From the NCBI GenBank assembly GCA_040285745.1, contig JAUFOR010000008.1, forward strand, positions 1,240,001-1,304,000: 64,000 nt of DNA, given 5' to 3'. Each line of letters begins with the position of its first letter. Within the stretch, counting starts at the first letter, position 1. A program made the position numbers and the translations under genes. The stretch is from Barthelona sp. PCE. Its lineage: Eukaryota. The notes below the pieces were generated by a model that worked only from the letters and a program-made list of their open reading frames with translations, searched no databases and was not told the DNA's origin. Below, piece by piece: positions 61,455 to 64,000 of this stretch.

Positions 61455-63944
61455 CTATTTACTACCGAATTGGACCTTAGAAATCATAAATTCATCGTCT
61501 TCTTCATCGGAACTAAAAACAAAAATCTCCTTCTTATTTGTATTCTTTAGCATTGCAGGTGCAACCGATCCAATCGGCAATGTCACCTCTGTGCTGTCTT
61601 CATCCGAAAACACTAGGTCATTCAATGTTTTCTTTGTTTTTGGATTCTGTTGATGATTAAAACCCCATACAATACTGGGTTTAGGTGTGTGATGCAATAC
61701 TCTTGGAATGTTTGGTTTCTTTGTGTGTGACGCATGCGATGGTCTTGACTGCGATATCATGCTACTTGAGTCATCGCTGAATATCTCCTCTGTTCTGATC
61801 GCTGCACTACCTAATATACGGCTGTTCTTCGCATTGCTTTCGTTTATCCTATCAATAAACCGCTGTACATCACGCCTCCCATTCATTGATGGGTTCATGG
61901 TGAGCTCCTTCATCAACTTAAAAACGTGTTTCATATTTGGATGATCCTCTCTCCGCAAACAGAACTTATTCTTCACAGCGGTCTTGAAATCGAGGATATT
62001 GGCTTTCAAACAGCGGAAGAAGAAACCTTGATTTAGGCTATCCTTTCTTCCAGTACATAACTGATGAAAGGCTGAAGCGGTGAGTTTGGCGATTTCCATG
62101 AGGTGTTGTGTTTCGCTAGAATCATCCATAAGCATGGCTTGAGACGAATCAACCGTCCACCTGACCATCCACGGTTCTCTTGATTCGAGGAAACGGTCGC
62201 ACTCCGCTCCGGGTATGAACCTGATAATGGGGTACTGTCCGCTGACGTCAACGACGGGTTCAACGACGTTCTTGTAGAGCGCAAGTACAAGACACGAGTA
62301 TATCTTGGCGGCCTTCATCCTTGAACCCTTGTTGTAACAATTCAGCGCTGAAAGATTCAGGTTACGTATCTTTTTTGCACGAGAGCCTCTCAAAACATCA
62401 GGGAGGATACTTCTCCCAATACCTTTCTCGCCTGCACGTGTGTACTCGCATATCTCCTTCACAGCCTGAGCAACCAATGCAATATCGTCTCGAATGTCAA
62501 CAGTGTCATAATGCGCAACCTTACAAGCAGCGCATGTTCCATTACATTGCTCAACAGAAAAATCGTCCTCGTTCATGAGTGCAAGAAGCTGTTTTCGATG
62601 ACACTCCGTCGAGTTCAAGCACAAGTTGGCCATTCTCAGCAATTTAAACATGACCCTCATCTTATGATCCTTTGATTCCATCGTCTGTGACTCACTGGGG
62701 CGCATAATAAGCCGCAGCGTATCAAAACAGTCTTGAGGCTGGAATAAAACTATAGACTCGGCAGGCTGTCGATCTCGGCCTGCACGACCACTCTCCTGCA
62801 AAAAATGCTCAACACTCTTCGGAATATACGTATGTATAACACCGCGTACGTCTGCCTTGTCGACACCCATGCCGAAAGCGACTGTAGCAACGATAACATT
62901 GATCTCATCGGTCTTCCACTGCTTCTCAACCATCTGGCGCATATCGGGCTCCAACCCTGCATGATAATACGCAACCTTATGTCCCTCTAGGCGTGCATAG
63001 ATATCCTCAGCAGTTGCTCTCTTCAGAACATAAACAATAACTGATTGGTTGCGGAAACGCGAGGAAAGCAAGCGGCGCAACATGGATACGAGGTCATCCT
63101 TTGAAGTACATTGGATGAATTTGTAAGATATGTTAGGTCGATTGAGTGATTGTTTAACAACAAACGGGTCTGCCATGTCCAAAATGCCAATGATCTCCGA
63201 AATGACGGCCTTGGAAGCTGTTGCTGTACATGCAGTGACTGGGACGTTGGGAAATCTCTCTCTGAGTGTGCTTAAGTTCTTGTACGCAACTCTAAAGTCA
63301 TGGCCCCATTGCGAAATACAGTGCGCCTCATCAACAACGAACCTTGCAACGCGCCCAGCTTTCACAGCCTCCTCAAGTGCGACCTGGAAGTCCTGAGACC
63401 GATCAAACATTTCAGGTGAACAGTACAGCAGATCGAGCTTCACTGATGGGTTTCGAAACATGCGTAGCACTTCCATGTGTCTTTGTGGGTCCGTCATCAT
63501 GGATACAAGCCGTTCTGCGCGAACGTTGTTCTCCTTCAGCGCCTCTATTTGGTCGTTCATGAGCGCAATAAGAGGGGAAAAGACAACCGTAACGTTGGTT
63601 TGGATGACTGCAGGGAGTTGGAACGTTAGCGACTTACCTGCTCCAGTTGGGAACAAAATAAACACGTCTAAGTTCCGCAAAACCGCCTGTATAACCTTCT
63701 CCTGGTCCGGTCGAAATGATACATTTCCGAAAACAGTCGTGTTTGTATATCGTATCTCATCTGTGAAAATATCATCAAATGCCTTGTGCTGTGATACGTT
63801 AACCAGGTTTTTTATGTTGATCTTTGGCCTGCGCGCCTCAATTGACTGCACTTCACCTATCAATTGAGTAACATGATCCTGAAAACTACGCAGCTTATAA
63901 CAAATGTCCTTAGTCAGGTGAAATGTCCTGTGATCAATATTCAT
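61455..63944 (-). CDS. RecQ helicase (BLM/Sgs1-like core with RQC zinc region)
   Basis: PTGAGKSL, DEAHCISQWGHDFR, AFGMGVDK, QESGRAGRD, CHRKQLL…CNGTCAAC. Confidence 0.93.
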   Translation of the reverse strand: MNIDHRTFHLTKDICYKLRSFQDHVTQLIGEVQSIEARRPKINIKNLVNVSQHKAFDDIFTDEIRYTNTTVFGNVSFRPDQEKVIQAVLRNLDVFILFPTGAGKSLTFQLPAVIQTNVTVVFSPLIALMNDQIEALKENNVRAERLVSMMTDPQRHMEVLRMFRNPSVKLDLLYCSPEMFDRSQDFQVALEEAVKAGRVARFVVDEAHCISQWGHDFRVAYKNLSTLRERFPNVPVTACTATASKAVISEIIGILDMADPFVVKQSLNRPNISYKFIQCTSKDDLVSMLRRLLSSRFRNQSVIVYVLKRATAEDIYARLEGHKVAYYHAGLEPDMRQMVEKQWKTDEINVIVATVAFGMGVDKADVRGVIHTYIPKSVEHFLQESGRAGRDRQPAESIVLFQPQDCFDTLRLIMRPSESQTMESKDHKMRVMFKLLRMANLCLNSTECHRKQLLALMNEDDFSVEQCNGTCAACKVAHYDTVDIRDDIALVAQAVKEICEYTRAGEKGIGRSILPDVLRGSRAKKIRNLNLSALNCYNKGSRMKAAKIYSCLVLALYKNVVEPVVDVSGQYPIIRFIPGAECDRFLESREPWMVRWTVDSSQAMLMDDSSETQHLMEIAKLTASAFHQLCTGRKDSLNQGFFFRCLKANILDFKTAVKNKFCLRREDHPNMKHVFKLMKELTMNPSMNGRRDVQRFIDRINESNAKNSRILGSAAIRTEEIFSDDSSSMISQSRPSHASHTKKPNIPRVLHHTPKPSIVWGFNHQQNPKTKKTLNDLVFSDEDSTEVTLPIGSVAPAMLKNTNKKEIFVFSSDEEDDEFMISKVQFGSK

Positions 63945-64000
63945 GACATCGTCAGAGCTTAGTGTATGGAAGACTGATGACGATATTTGCTGTTGAAGTG

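Noticed and set aside
1-64000. CRISPR arrays, tRNA or rRNA genes, and non-standard genetic code
   Set aside because: No regularly spaced repeats, cloverleafs or rRNA motifs were seen by eye; TAA, TAG and TGA all terminate long ORFs

Overview
Gene-dense, intron-poor eukaryotic DNA. It holds about 37 protein-coding genes with intergenic gaps often under 100 bp and three short GT-AG introns. The source is inferred to be a flagellated protist with a mitochondrion-derived organelle (CCDC113, presequence-bearing Cpn60), and the intron style resembles metamonads. Housekeeping genes include CCT8, RRP12, RCE1, CK2-beta, TCTP, HSBP1, a condensin kleisin, a KNL1-like protein, two RecQ helicases, an ABCG and a ZIP transporter. 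Three things stand out. (1) A ~550-600 bp non-coding element occurs twice (~10.7-11.2 kb and ~44.7-45.3 kb). Its sequence-conserved flanks enclose a ~200-nt core that has diverged in sequence but keeps the same branched-hairpin fold, making it a candidate undescribed structured RNA family, possibly intron-encoded. (2) A near-perfect 2.23-kb inverted duplication of adenylosuccinate synthetase encloses one copy of that element and an orphan gene. (3) An AT-rich tandem pair of large genes carries bacterial TIGR04141/DUF6119-like nuclease motifs. All family assignments were made by eye from motifs; no searches or folding programs were run.
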